Assembly (NCBI GenBank): GCA_944393485.1
Contig: CALYAJ010000002.1
Coordinates: 1 to 56,732 of the forward strand
Source: an uncultured Clostridia bacterium
GTDB lineage: Bacteria > Bacillota > Clostridia > TANB77 > CAG-508
Direction: 5' to 3'
Length of the DNA: 56,732 nt
A model generated the notes under the pieces. That model was not told where the DNA came from. It did no database searches and saw only the letters and a list, made by a program, of their open reading frames with translations. Position numbers and translations under genes: made by a program. Within the stretch, counting starts at the first letter, position 1; the number at the start of each line of letters is the position of its first letter. Below, one piece after another: positions 1 to 9,828 of the stretch.

Positions 1-7
1 ATTTTTC

Positions 8-65
8 ACGATAAAAAAGTAAAAGACTACTAAATATAAAATTAGGTTTCCCATAGTCTTTTACT
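8..65 (-). terminator. Rho-independent terminator
   Basis: Perfect 12-bp stem (18-29 agtaaaagacta / 54-65 tagtcttttact). Read on the minus strand it is followed by TTTTTTATCG. Confidence 0.5.
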
Positions 66-170
66 GAAAATTTATTATTAATATCAATAGTTTTTGAGGA
101 TTTCTTCCCCAACTTTTCCCCAATTCTACATAATAACGCCATTTTAAAACATTATTGTAAACTAATTGGA

Positions 171-210
171 GAATATAAAAAATCGCTACAACTATTGAAA
201 TTGTAACGAT
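171..210 (-). terminator. Rho-independent terminator immediately 3' of the tRNA remnant
   Basis: Stem 182-191 atcgctacaa / 201-210 ttgtaacgat (one mismatch), followed on the minus strand by T6. It starts 9 nt after the CCA end at 219. Confidence 0.55.
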
Positions 211-218
211 TAACAAGT

Positions 219-263
219 TGGTTGCGGGGGTAAGACTCGAACTTACGACCTTCGGGTTATGAG
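219..263 (-). tRNA. 3' half of initiator tRNA-fMet (anticodon CAU): truncated remnant, att-like scar
   Basis: Minus-strand read is CTCATAA-CCCGA-AGGTC-GTAAG-TTCGAGT-CTTAC-CCCCGCA-ACCA. That is the anticodon loop with CAU, the CCC of the initiator-type 3xGC anticodon stem, the variable loop, a perfect T-arm, and the acceptor plus ACCA. The layout matches the E. coli tRNA-fMet 3' half. Sequence beyond 263 cannot form the anticodon stem, D-arm or 5' acceptor, and no matching 5' half was found in the window. Confidence 0.75.
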
Positions 264-310
264 AAATAAATTTTCATTTCTATAATATCTCATTATGTCT
301 AGCATAACTA

Positions 311-3028
311 CTAAACTACTTTTATATATTCAATTTTTTCAAGCATATAATTATAACCATTAATAGTAAAAATATTTCCAACTATTGAATCACTTAATTT
401 TCTAGCAAGTTCACAATTAGGAGTCAATTGTCGAAATCCCTCTATCTCTAGTTCATTTATCTTATTTTCATTAATATAATACTTTATTGTATTTTTCTCA
501 ATATCATCTAATACGTTATAAATCTTTAAAATTTTGTTTTCTTTAAATTCTTTTTCGTCTTCTGTTATGCTATTAATCTCATCATCAATTTTTTTTATAT
601 TAGTTTTAGTTATTTTTTTTATATTATATTTTGGATTATTTTCTATATTGCCCAAAAAATAATCTTCTATAAATTGCCATCTATCATCATCATTATCTAA
701 TTTTTCAAAAAAATATTTCATATAATTTACAGAGTTATAATGTAAATTACTTATGTTTTTTAATGTTTGACTACTATAAAATGAGTTATCAATCACTCTT
801 CTTATTGTCTCTTCACTATTAACACGTACGAAAAACTCAGGTTTATTTCCTGCTTCAAAATTATATGAAGCAATATCAAATAATTCCATTAACTGTACAG
901 CAATTATTAAAGGATCATTCCTCATGTTTTCATCTTTACTATCTACTATAGATATACGTTTATTGGTATTTTCATATCCTTTTATGTAATTAAATACAGC
1001 TTCTTGAATTTCTGATATTTTTCTATCATATGTTGCACTTTTTATATGATACTTATCCGTCTTGGTATTATAATCACAAAATTTATCTTTATGATTTTTT
1101 GCAGCACTATACGCTATTATTAAATTTATTATAGGCTCTATTATTCTTTTTATAAATGTTTTATTAGATTGGTTGTCTTTTAAAGAATAAATATTAACTA
1201 TTTCATCAATTGAAAAATGTTTTGTGGACATTTTCATCTCGTCAAATACTAATTTTAAACAATTCAATTTATTTTTTAATATATAGAACACTGTTTCTAA
1301 ATTATTGCCATGTTTTGTTTCTACAGTTAAAATCATTTTTTCGTGCATAAATGATCTATCTCTATTTTCTAATTCATTCTCAAAAAATTTTCTTTTAAAA
1401 TTTCCAAATGTTAATCCATCATACTTTCCATTATATTTTTCTTCCCAGCAACTCTTAAAATCAAATTCATATACTTTACCTAGAAATTTTGTCACAACAC
1501 CCTCATAATTCATATTTTCTAACTGTTTTGAATCATACTTTACAGTTAAATATTTGTTCCAATTATATTCTTCTATTAATGGTAATTTAACATCAGGAAT
1601 ATAAAATAATCCCTTTGTATACATACTTCTTGGTTTAAAAACTAATGGAACATAGTTAGACATTGATTTAAAATCACGTTTTATAGCAATAATTGTTGCC
1701 TTTAGACTCGCTTCAATATTCTCATCATTATCTTCACTTGCACTAAATATATGTGCAAAGTCATCTGTAGATACTAAAAAATTCCTTCTATTTAATTTTT
1801 TATATTTATCTAATATCTTTTTTAATACTCCTATTATATGGTAATTAGTAATTCTTGATAATCCATAAAGTTTATTAATATATCTAAAATCCTCTTCAAA
1901 ATAATCCGTTGCAGCAACTCCTGTTTCATTAGGATCTCTAGCAGCTCTTCCTATTTCTTGTACATAATCTGAAAGATTTCCAGTTGGTGCAAAATGGTAA
2001 ACATCCGTAATACCTTTTACATCTATTCCCATACCAAAAGCTTTTGTTGCTAGAACAACATTCCTTTCACCCGTTTTTATATCTTCAAGAGTCATATCTT
2101 TTTCATTTTTATCTAGTTTTCCAAAATATCTTGAAACTTTGTCTTGTGGCAAACTTTCATATATATTATTCAGAGTTTTTACAAAAGGAAAATAAACTAT
2201 GGTTTTCTTTTTCTCTTGTATATATCTATTTATTTTATTAATAACTGCAATATCTTTTTCTTCTTTATATGCATGATCTTTTTTACAAATATTTATATCA
2301 AATTTTATATTATATCTTTTTACGTCTCCTAGAAATGGTTCACATGTCATATTTAAACTTTCAATTATATCATGATACATATCATTTCCATCTTTACTAA
2401 TTGTAGATGTCGCCGTAAATGTTGCTATTGGAAAAATATGATTTAACCTATGTCTTAATCTATTTATATATTCTCCTAAATACCAATAATCAGGTCTAAA
2501 GTTTTTCCCCCATGTTGAAACAGTATGCGCCTCATCAACAACTAATAGTCCAATTTTTCTTTCACCTATTATAGATTTTATATCATAGTTTCCTAATAAA
2601 GTTTCTGGAGATATATATAAAATTGAACATTGCCCTTCTTTTACTTTTTCTTTTATAATTTCTTTTTCATATGGTGTATACTCTGAATTAATTGTTTGGG
2701 CAATGTTAGTAATTTTCTTTAAATTATTAACTTGGTCTTTCATTAATCCTATTAATGGAGAAATTACAATAGTAACTAAATTCAATTTTTCTGCTGCCAT
2801 TACTGCAGGTATTTGAAATAAGATAGATTTTCCTGCCCCCGTTGGTGCTGTTACAAAAATATCTCTAAAGTCTGTTCCAATTTCTTGTGCTTTTTTTATA
2901 TTTTCATATATGTAATCAATTATTACACTTTGATTGATATCTATTTTTTCATTATTTAAAAAAGGATTTTTATATATTTTGAAATCTTTAAAATCATAAT
3001 TTTTATCAATTCTTCTTAATATACTCAA
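311..3028 (-). CDS. RecQ-like SF2 DEAH helicase, probably the 3' part of a larger disrupted gene
   Basis: 905-aa ORF with motif I APTGAGKS, motif II VVDEAH followed by TVSTWGKNFRPDY (RecQ-type), and motif VI QEIGRAARD. About 450 aa of C-terminal sequence has no motif I recognise. Start is TTG with no SD, and the frame stays open upstream to 3253. Confidence 0.75.
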   Translation of the reverse strand: MSILRRIDKNYDFKDFKIYKNPFLNNEKIDINQSVIIDYIYENIKKAQEIGTDFRDIFVTAPTGAGKSILFQIPAVMAAEKLNLVTIVISPLIGLMKDQVNNLKKITNIAQTINSEYTPYEKEIIKEKVKEGQCSILYISPETLLGNYDIKSIIGERKIGLLVVDEAHTVSTWGKNFRPDYWYLGEYINRLRHRLNHIFPIATFTATSTISKDGNDMYHDIIESLNMTCEPFLGDVKRYNIKFDINICKKDHAYKEEKDIAVINKINRYIQEKKKTIVYFPFVKTLNNIYESLPQDKVSRYFGKLDKNEKDMTLEDIKTGERNVVLATKAFGMGIDVKGITDVYHFAPTGNLSDYVQEIGRAARDPNETGVAATDYFEEDFRYINKLYGLSRITNYHIIGVLKKILDKYKKLNRRNFLVSTDDFAHIFSASEDNDENIEASLKATIIAIKRDFKSMSNYVPLVFKPRSMYTKGLFYIPDVKLPLIEEYNWNKYLTVKYDSKQLENMNYEGVVTKFLGKVYEFDFKSCWEEKYNGKYDGLTFGNFKRKFFENELENRDRSFMHEKMILTVETKHGNNLETVFYILKNKLNCLKLVFDEMKMSTKHFSIDEIVNIYSLKDNQSNKTFIKRIIEPIINLIIAYSAAKNHKDKFCDYNTKTDKYHIKSATYDRKISEIQEAVFNYIKGYENTNKRISIVDSKDENMRNDPLIIAVQLMELFDIASYNFEAGNKPEFFVRVNSEETIRRVIDNSFYSSQTLKNISNLHYNSVNYMKYFFEKLDNDDDRWQFIEDYFLGNIENNPKYNIKKITKTNIKKIDDEINSITEDEKEFKENKILKIYNVLDDIEKNTIKYYINENKINELEIEGFRQLTPNCELARKLSDSIVGNIFTINGYNYMLEKIEYIKVV

Positions 3029-3811
3029 ATAATCATTATACTTTTCTGGTTTTTTTAGTTTTTTTCTTTCAGTATGAGTTTCTATATTTATTCCTAAATT
3101 ATTTAATAAATATAGAAATTTATTTGTTACTATATTCTTATTATTATCTTCTATAATATTATAAACTATAGTATTATATCCTTCATAAATAATTTTATTA
3201 AAAATTTCAATATATTTTTGTGAATTAGAAGTATCGAATAACTCTATTGACTTTCTATCTGATTCTTTCCAAATACTATAATCATTTGAATATATTCTAA
3301 ATAATTGTAATACTTTGTATTTGTTTTCTAATTCTATTGAATTATATGCTATAACTGGAATATTGTTTATTTTATCAAATTCTGAATATATAGTCTGAAA
3401 AATATTATCTTCATCAGAATCCTCATCAAATTTAGCTAATATTTCGTCTATATTATTTGATATAATGCCCGGATAGTAGTAATCAAAAATTCCAATATCT
3501 ATTATTTTAATATTATATTTAGATGTTTCAATTAAACCTAGTAAATTATTTTTAGCTATATAAATTAATTCTTATAATAAGCAATAATATCTTTCTGACA
3601 TACTTAATTTATTAACTATGTCTACTATAACTTTTTGATTATCTATTTTAAATAAATTATTAATGTCTTTATCTATTTCCAAATTTATAATATGTGTAGT
3701 ATCAATTTTTAAATGACTAATTATAGAATTAAAACCTTTTAACACATATATAGTATTTTTTTCAGCTATTGCTTCATTTAATTTTTTATTAATTTCTTTC
3801 AACATAAACAT
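3029..3811 (-). pseudogene. Disrupted 5' region (~260 codons) in front of the helicase
   Basis: ATG 3811 is preceded by AAGGGG. There are 79 codons, an in-frame TAA at 3572-3574, then 91 more open codons in the same frame to a TAG (about 3297-3299). Two further frame changes follow. The last segment (from 3253) is in frame with the helicase with no intervening stop. No ORF of 60 aa or more is listed here although the codon pattern looks coding. Confidence 0.45.
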
Positions 3812-4249
3812 ATCTATTTTTCCCCTTATTAGTATATTTAAAATAATCTTATTACAAACACATATACTTTTACAATATTTATTTCAAATTATTTACTATT
3901 TTTAATTTAATTTTATGTATTTTCATTTCATATATTAGTACATACACAATCTAAAAACAAAATTATTATCATAATAAAAAATGCATTTATCTTTTTCATC
4001 ATATTTTTTCCTATTCTTTTTATTGTATAATCTATACATTTTCTCTATTTCTTATTCTGCCCAGTACCATGTTGTAATTTTTACTATTAACTCATGTACT
4101 TTTCCTTTTATTTTATGAAATATCTTCATTTTAATTATTCCATCTTTTTTCTTAAATTCATATTTCAACTACAGACAACTTTTTAGTAAATTATTACGAC
4201 GCTGTATTTTAAGCATTATATTGCAATTTGCAACATATATTTTCATCTC

Positions 4250-4932
4250 CTACCCAACTCCAAAATCCGTATTCTCAACTAAAATATCCATATTTTCAAA
4301 ATCCTTATACAAAGGATAGATCTCCTTCATAAATCTAGCTTTTAGTTTTTCATCAGCTGGCATAATATCATCCATCTCTTTATATAAATTAACACAAACT
4401 CTATCAAAATTCTCTATATCAATTTTAATATCAGCTTCTATTTGTTCCAAAGTTTGTCCTTTAACTCCGACTAATAAATTTACCACATCAAATGTTTCTT
4501 TCAATTCTTCCAAAGTCGGATATCCAAATCCTTTCATCAAAACTTTCTCTCTAAAGTCTGCATCAAAAGTCTCTACTCCGCCTTTAACCTGTATAACTAT
4601 TTCTAATTTTTCGCACTTTTTTCTTAATTCAGTTATTTGTTTTTTATACATATAATGACTTTCTATAATTAATCTTTTTATTTGCTTTTGCTTGCATACT
4701 TCAATTAATTCATTAAAACTTCTTTCATTTAATTCAAATATGCTTCCTGAATTTATTGCTTCTAGCACGCCAAATTCTCCCGTCACATTCTCCAAAGCCT
4801 TACTATTAATTTGATATTGTTTCTATCTAAATGGTAATTACAAAATTTACATTTACTCCATTTGCAACCATTTCCAATTAATAAAACAATTTCTCTTTTA
4901 TCTTTATCTAATATTTTTGAATATCTCTCCAT
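4250..4932 (-). pseudogene. Radical-SAM-like protein, frameshifted
   Basis: SD AAAGAGGTG is followed by ATG 4932, giving MERYSKILDKDKREIVLLIGNGCKWSKCKFCNYHLDRNNIK.. (Cys cluster Cx4Cx2C). This frame stops at 4783. The rest (ALENVTGEFGVLEAINSGS...ENTDFGVG, track ORF 4250..4795) continues in another frame. The frameshift lies within about 4801-4825. Confidence 0.55.
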
Positions 4933-4936
4933 AATT
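4860..4936 (-). repeat. 77-bp direct repeat, copy A (functional 5' end of the radical-SAM-like gene)
   Basis: 74/77 identical to 7130-7206 in the same orientation. Covers AATT-ATG through ..GGTTGCAAAT. Confidence 0.9.
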
Positions 4937-4958
4937 ATCACCTCTTTCATTTTTTATT

Positions 4959-5705
4959 CTATTTAATTTCTGTAATTAGTAAATAAAAAGTGCTATTTCC
5001 ATCATCCTCAATTTCATTTTCAGATGATATATCTTTTAAACAATCATTATAATATCTCCATTTAAAAGGTTCATATTTATTTTTTATGTTAACTGTTCTT
5101 TTTTTATCAGAATATCCTACTATATTTTCTGTATTATTTTCCAATATAAACTTTCCATTTTTCTTAGGCACTAATTTTTTCCCAAGTTCTCTGCCTTGAT
5201 GTATACTAAAGTTTATATACTCTGGTTTTTCTCCGTTTGAACATCTAGGCTCTTTAATATATGATTTATCATTAGTTATAAAAATTGCGTATCCTTTTAT
5301 AAAGTTTTGACAATCTTTATCTGACAATTTTTCTATTCTTGATATATCTTTCACATATCCATAACAACCATTATTTTTAGCACCTTGATTTTTCAAATTA
5401 TTGATTAAACTTTTTTCTATACCATTATATTTTAAACTTTCTATGTTTTTTATTGCTTTGGTTTTATATTTTAATTCTATTGGTAAAAATTTTTCTCCTT
5501 CCACAAGAAAAATATCTGTATGACTTCTTTTATTTTCATCATCATTTGGATATTCTAAAATTATTTCTACATTACTATTATTTAAATATTCTTTTATTTT
5601 CCATGCCAATTTAAATTGTAAATCTGCTTCAGAATAAAAAAATTCATAATTTTTGTGTAGTTCTTTTAAAATTACTTTAATATCAAATTCTTCCAAACTT
5701 TTCAT
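4959..5705 (-). CDS. PD-(D/E)xK nuclease-like protein
   Basis: Start moved to M24 (AGGAG 8 nt upstream). Motif pattern is E(ADLQ)...HTDIFLV...PIELKYK, i.e. E / D / ExK. C-terminal half unassigned. Confidence 0.5.
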   Translation of the reverse strand: MKSLEEFDIKVILKELHKNYEFFYSEADLQFKLAWKIKEYLNNSNVEIILEYPNDDENKRSHTDIFLVEGEKFLPIELKYKTKAIKNIESLKYNGIEKSLINNLKNQGAKNNGCYGYVKDISRIEKLSDKDCQNFIKGYAIFITNDKSYIKEPRCSNGEKPEYINFSIHQGRELGKKLVPKKNGKFILENNTENIVGYSDKKRTVNIKNKYEPFKWRYYNDCLKDISSENEIEDDGNSTFYLLITEIK

Positions 5706-5972
5706 CTTGTTTTCTCCTATTTTTTTACATATTATATAATAATAACTTTTATCTCTGCAATATAACCCATTCATTCTTATTCAGTCTGTTTTTTTATTAC
5801 AAATATTTAAATTTATTATATTTTTTCATTCTTGTTTAGTCGTCTAATATTATATATATTATTAATTTCCATTTTTTTGGGCATTAAATAGCATGGTTAA
5901 ATAAATGATATCTTAACCATGCTATTTTTAATTATATATTATTTTAAGTCGAATATAATTCATATTTATCAA

Positions 5973-6944
5973 TTATTGAAATTCTTCCCATGTTTTATTA
6001 TTTAATATTTTTGCTATTTCTTCTGTTGATGGCAGATTTTCTGTGTTAAGCATTTCTGCCAAATTAAATAATTTACTTCTTTGAATTGGATTTTTACTTC
6101 CTTTTTTAAAGTCTGTTTTTATAAATTCTTCTACAATAAAATAATTATGTAATCTGTCAGCTATATTATAACCATATTTTTTAGATTTTTCCATAGCTTT
6201 TTTTATTCTTTCAATCTCATTTTGAGTTACTTCTTCTCCTATAATTGTTTTACAATTAAACTTATTATTTATATAAGAAGCTTGTACTATTTTTTTTAAT
6301 TTTCCTATGGCCTTAATAGACTTTTGATTATATAAACCAATATATCCGTGTTCAGAATATCCTCTATTAGCATCATCATAGTATAAATTCAATTCCAAAT
6401 TATCTTGTAATGTAGTTCCTGCAACAATTGCTCTCATCCATTTATCCGAATTAGGAATTAAATTTTCTTCAAGACAATAACTTTTATAATCTTCTAAAAT
6501 AGACATAATTTCATAATCATTTTCTTCTATTATATCCTCCAACGCATCTATCAATTCTTTAAAAGTTATATTAATATGTTTTATTGGAATTTTTCCCAAT
6601 TTTTCTTCATTATAGTTATCTAGAAATTTATTAAATTTTTCAAGCAAATTATTTTTCATTGGTTTTGGATCTAATGTCAAAATAACTTTTACATCTTCAT
6701 TATTAAATTGTTGTAAATGATTAATTAATTGATTTTCATTAAATTGATTGTATAACTTTGTTTCTACTACAATTTTAAAGCTCTTTTGACTTATTATTGC
6801 ATCTGGTATACTATTATTTTTACTTTTGTAATGCTGTAATTCAATAGATAATTCCGGCTCCTCATCTTCCTTTAAAATAAAATTGTTTAGCAAAGTATAA
6901 AATTTATGTGGACTGTATTCATAAAACATAGAAAGCATTAACAT
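5973..6944 (-). CDS. PD-(D/E)xK nuclease-like protein with unassigned C-terminal domain
   Basis: SIPDAIISQKSFKIVVETKLY is a classic PD..ExK. The listed ATG has no SD. A strong SD (GGAGAAGG 7014-7021) serves an ATG at 7009-7011 that is out of frame by one A in an A5 run. Confidence 0.5.
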   Translation of the reverse strand: MLMLSMFYEYSPHKFYTLLNNFILKEDEEPELSIELQHYKSKNNSIPDAIISQKSFKIVVETKLYNQFNENQLINHLQQFNNEDVKVILTLDPKPMKNNLLEKFNKFLDNYNEEKLGKIPIKHINITFKELIDALEDIIEENDYEIMSILEDYKSYCLEENLIPNSDKWMRAIVAGTTLQDNLELNLYYDDANRGYSEHGYIGLYNQKSIKAIGKLKKIVQASYINNKFNCKTIIGEEVTQNEIERIKKAMEKSKKYGYNIADRLHNYFIVEEFIKTDFKKGSKNPIQRSKLFNLAEMLNTENLPSTEEIAKILNNKTWEEFQ

Positions 6945-7129
6945 CGTATTAGATGTATCTACATTTTCTTTTTGACTATACCTTTGAAAATAGTGTACTT
7001 TAATTTTTCATCACCTTCTCCTAACTTAATTCTTTTTTATTATAATTAATGTAATTATATCATATTTTAAAATAACAAACTATAATCTAATTATTAAAAT
7101 GTTACATCCTCTAAAAGTTGATTACTTAT

Positions 7130-7206
7130 ATTTGCAACCATTTCCTATTAATAAAACAATTTCTCTTTTAGCTTTATCTAATATTTTTGAATATCTTTCC
7201 ATAATT
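7130..7206 (-). repeat. 77-bp direct repeat, copy B (dead copy: no SD, stops after GNGCKYK)
   Basis: 74/77 identical to 4860-4936. Similarity begins exactly at AATTATG and ends at GGTTGCAAAT. Confidence 0.9.
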
Positions 7207-7327
7207 TATTTTAAACAATTTACTCTATTTTGTTAGCATTCTATCATAATAATATTCATCTATTCAATTACGGTAATATATTTTCATTAATTTGCCCTTT
7301 TTCCTTTAAATATTTTAAATTTTTTTA

Positions 7328-7357
7328 GTTGACTTTATATAAAAAGGTACGCTAAAA
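7328..7357 (+). promoter_or_regulatory. Sigma-A-type promoter candidate
   Basis: TTGACT (7328-7333), 18-nt spacer, TAAAAT (7352-7357), about 130 nt upstream of the methyltransferase gene. Confidence 0.4.
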
Positions 7358-7491
7358 TCTAAACAAGTTATAAAATATATTACTGAATTTTACTATAACT
7401 TAGGATATCAATATAAAAACAAAAAGAAAGAATTAAATGATGAAAATGTTTATATAATAGAAAAATATTTATAAATCTGGAGATGATTTCA

Positions 7492-8256
7492 ATGCAAGAA
7501 AATGAATATAAAAGATATGAAGAAATTGGAAATTGGGATTTTTCAGACATAAAATACACTGTAGAGCAGAACAGTTCATGGGATTTTTACAAAGAAATCT
7601 CAAAATACACTAATTCAAGTTCATTACTACTTGATTTAGGTACTGGTGGCGGAGAAAAAACTTTATCTAATATGCCTGATACTGGCATGATAATTGCTAC
7701 AGATTTTTCTTCCAAAATGATTGAAACTGCTAATATAAATAAAAAGAATTATCCTAATAAAAGGATCAAATTTGTTACTATGGATAATCTTAATATGAAT
7801 TTTCCAGAAAACTTATTTGATGTAATAACAGCAAGGCATACTATTATTGATGCCAAACAAATACATCGTTGTCTTACACCTAGCGGAGTGTTAATAATTG
7901 AAGGTGTAGATAAATATGATTGCTGGGAACTTAAAGAACTTTTCAAAAGAGGTCAAGCATATAATGATGAAATCGCAATAAGTAAAAAAGATTATAGTGA
8001 TATTAAAAATGCTGGTTTTGCTGAAATAACTCTACAAGAAATTGTACAATATGAATATTATAAGACAAAAGAAGATTTACTTGCTTTACTTCTTAAAACT
8101 CCTATTTTAGATGATTTTTCAGAATTAGATATATCATCTAACACACATAAAAATTATATAGAAAAAGATTTATTCAATAAATATGTTGATGAACATTCTA
8201 CAGAAAAAGGAATAGAGTTAAAAAGACTCCTATATGGAATAGTAGCCCAAAAATAA
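7492..8256 (+). CDS. Class I SAM-dependent methyltransferase
   Basis: Motif I LLLDLGTGGGEKT. Start taken at the ATG 9 nt after GGAG (track start 7483 abuts the SD). Confidence 0.7.
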   Translation: MQENEYKRYEEIGNWDFSDIKYTVEQNSSWDFYKEISKYTNSSSLLLDLGTGGGEKTLSNMPDTGMIIATDFSSKMIETANINKKNYPNKRIKFVTMDNLNMNFPENLFDVITARHTIIDAKQIHRCLTPSGVLIIEGVDKYDCWELKELFKRGQAYNDEIAISKKDYSDIKNAGFAEITLQEIVQYEYYKTKEDLLALLLKTPILDDFSELDISSNTHKNYIEKDLFNKYVDEHSTEKGIELKRLLYGIVAQK

Positions 8257-8334
8257 TAATTCATTTTTCAAACAAAATTTAAATTTTACTTATTTGTTTT
8301 TAAGTGCTATAATTCGTGCAAAGGGGGAATTTCT

Positions 8335-8643
8335 ATGGTATGTCCAAATTGTAAAAAAGTAGTACCAGACGATAGTGAAAAATGTACAGAATGTGGTATA
8401 GAATTCAAAAATTATCAATCGTCAAATTATGTAGTAACAAAAAAATCAGATTTTATTGTAATCTTCAAAAGAGTTCTTATATTTATATTAATACTTACAG
8501 CATATATATCTGCAGTAAGTAGTTATGCGCCTTTGGCAATTGCTTCTATCTTACTTGCAGTTTTTATTTGGATAGCTTTAACAATTGAAGAAAAGAAAAT
8601 TGATCTACTTCAAGAAATCAGTGAAAAATTAGATAAAAAATAA
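8335..8643 (+). CDS. Zinc-ribbon membrane protein
   Basis: CPNC..x11..CTEC at the N-terminus, then two hydrophobic helices. SD GGGGGA upstream. Confidence 0.5.
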   Translation: MVCPNCKKVVPDDSEKCTECGIEFKNYQSSNYVVTKKSDFIVIFKRVLIFILILTAYISAVSSYAPLAIASILLAVFIWIALTIEEKKIDLLQEISEKLDKK

Positions 8644-8654
8644 GGAGTGATAAC

Positions 8655-9077
8655 ATGAACGAACCAAATAAAATAAGACCAATTGTTTTAGGAATTGCTA
8701 TTAAAGATAACAAATTATTAGTAGGTAAAGGATTTGACAAAGTAAAAAACGAAGTATTTTATAGAGCATTAGGTGGAGGAATTGAATTTGGAGAAACAAG
8801 TAGTGAAGCTTTAAAAAGAGAATTCATGGAAGAAATACATGCACATATACATATTAAAGAATTTTTAGGTGTTGAAGAAAACATTTTTACATACAAAGGT
8901 AATCCATGTCATGAAATCGTATTTTTATATTCTATAGAAATTCCAGACGAAGAATATAAAGATAAATATATAATAAATGATGATGCAGGTGAATATGGTT
9001 CAACATGGATTGATATAGACGAATTTAAAAATCACAACAAAATAATATACCCAGAAAATATTTTTAAATATATTTAA
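8655..9077 (+). CDS. NUDIX hydrolase
   Basis: Nudix box GGGIEFGETSSEALKREFMEEIH. Confidence 0.8.
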   Translation: MNEPNKIRPIVLGIAIKDNKLLVGKGFDKVKNEVFYRALGGGIEFGETSSEALKREFMEEIHAHIHIKEFLGVEENIFTYKGNPCHEIVFLYSIEIPDEEYKDKYIINDDAGEYGSTWIDIDEFKNHNKIIYPENIFKYI

Positions 9078-9113
9078 ACCATAATCACTTAGTTGGTTAT
9101 TATGGTCTTTTTT
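9077..9113 (+). terminator. Rho-independent terminator of the NUDIX gene
   Basis: aaccataat...attatggt stem followed by CTTTTTT. Confidence 0.6.
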
Positions 9114-9185
9114 AGCCCCACTCGCTAAACCAAGACAAGATAAAATCCCAGATGTAAAAACATACATCCGGGATTTTATCTGTTT
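9112..9185 (+). repeat. Possible diverged member (U5) of the U repeat family
   Basis: gccccactcgct...gacaag...agatgtaaaaaca...gggatttt resembles U3/U4 (gccactcg..gac..atgtaaaaatctggtaatttt). It contains a 14-bp hairpin aaaatcccagatgt/acatccgggatttt. Confidence 0.3.
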
Positions 9186-9252
9186 ATATAAATATCCATC
9201 TCCCATTTTTCAAACATTTCTATACTGTTTCTAAACTATTTCTATTGAATTC

Positions 9253-9816
9253 CTACACCTTCCCATAAATCTTATAATTCACATAGTCCTTAATTCCTCT
9301 ATTAATAAACTTATTCTGCTTATTTTTAAGTTCTTCTTCCAGCTTTGTAAAAGTATTCCATGCTAAATCACATTCTTCTCTGCTTACTATTCCATCATTA
9401 TAAGCTGCTTCTAATTCTTCTGCATCATCTGGCCTCATATAATATCCTATTCCAGTTCCAAATGGAGTTTCATAATAGAAATCCAAGTATAAATCTTCAT
9501 AATATGCTTCTCCGTCCTTTTCGTAATTTCTTAAAGTCATATCTATGTAATATAAAACAATTTCATAATTATTGTTCATAAAAGCTCTTACATTATAATT
9601 CTCATCTAGTGGAGTATATTCTATAACTGCACAACCTTTATCTATATTACATATTTCATTTCCGTTTATATGTAAATAATTCTTTTCTTCTACTTCTTCA
9701 ATTTCTTTTATAGTTATATATGCATTTAATTCATCAATTTTTTGTATATATTTATTTACCTTAACTGTTCCTCTCATATACATATCTTTTACTCTTCTTG
9801 TTCTATTTACTTTCAT
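9253..9816 (-). CDS. DUF402-type protein (nucleoside tri/diphosphatase-like)
   Basis: AGGAGG SD. Sequence pattern YYIDM..DLYLDFYY...DDAEELEAAYNDGIVS resembles the DUF402/FomD family. Confidence 0.45.
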   Translation of the reverse strand: MKVNRTRRVKDMYMRGTVKVNKYIQKIDELNAYITIKEIEEVEEKNYLHINGNEICNIDKGCAVIEYTPLDENYNVRAFMNNNYEIVLYYIDMTLRNYEKDGEAYYEDLYLDFYYETPFGTGIGYYMRPDDAEELEAAYNDGIVSREECDLAWNTFTKLEEELKNKQNKFINRGIKDYVNYKIYGKV

Positions 9817-9828
9817 TTGTACCTCCTA

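Noticed and set aside
219-263. Calling this an intact tRNA gene.
   Set aside because: Only the anticodon loop through CCA is present. The 5' acceptor, D-arm and 5' anticodon stem cannot be formed from adjacent sequence.
1305-2332. Plus-strand ORFs 1305..1508, 2044..2241 and 2144..2332, and many similar antisense ORFs throughout (for example 14353..14760, 24083..24490, 43351..44443, 51040..52121).
   Set aside because: They lie wholly inside long, motif-supported genes on the other strand. They have low-complexity Leu/Phe/Ile-rich translations typical of the AT-rich antisense frame and no SD.
5888-5929. Hairpin atagcatggttaa/ttaaccatgctat as the terminator of gene 5973..6944.
   Set aside because: The stem is good, but the T-run lies on the plus-strand side, opposite to the gene direction. 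Orientation is ambiguous, so it is not listed as a feature.
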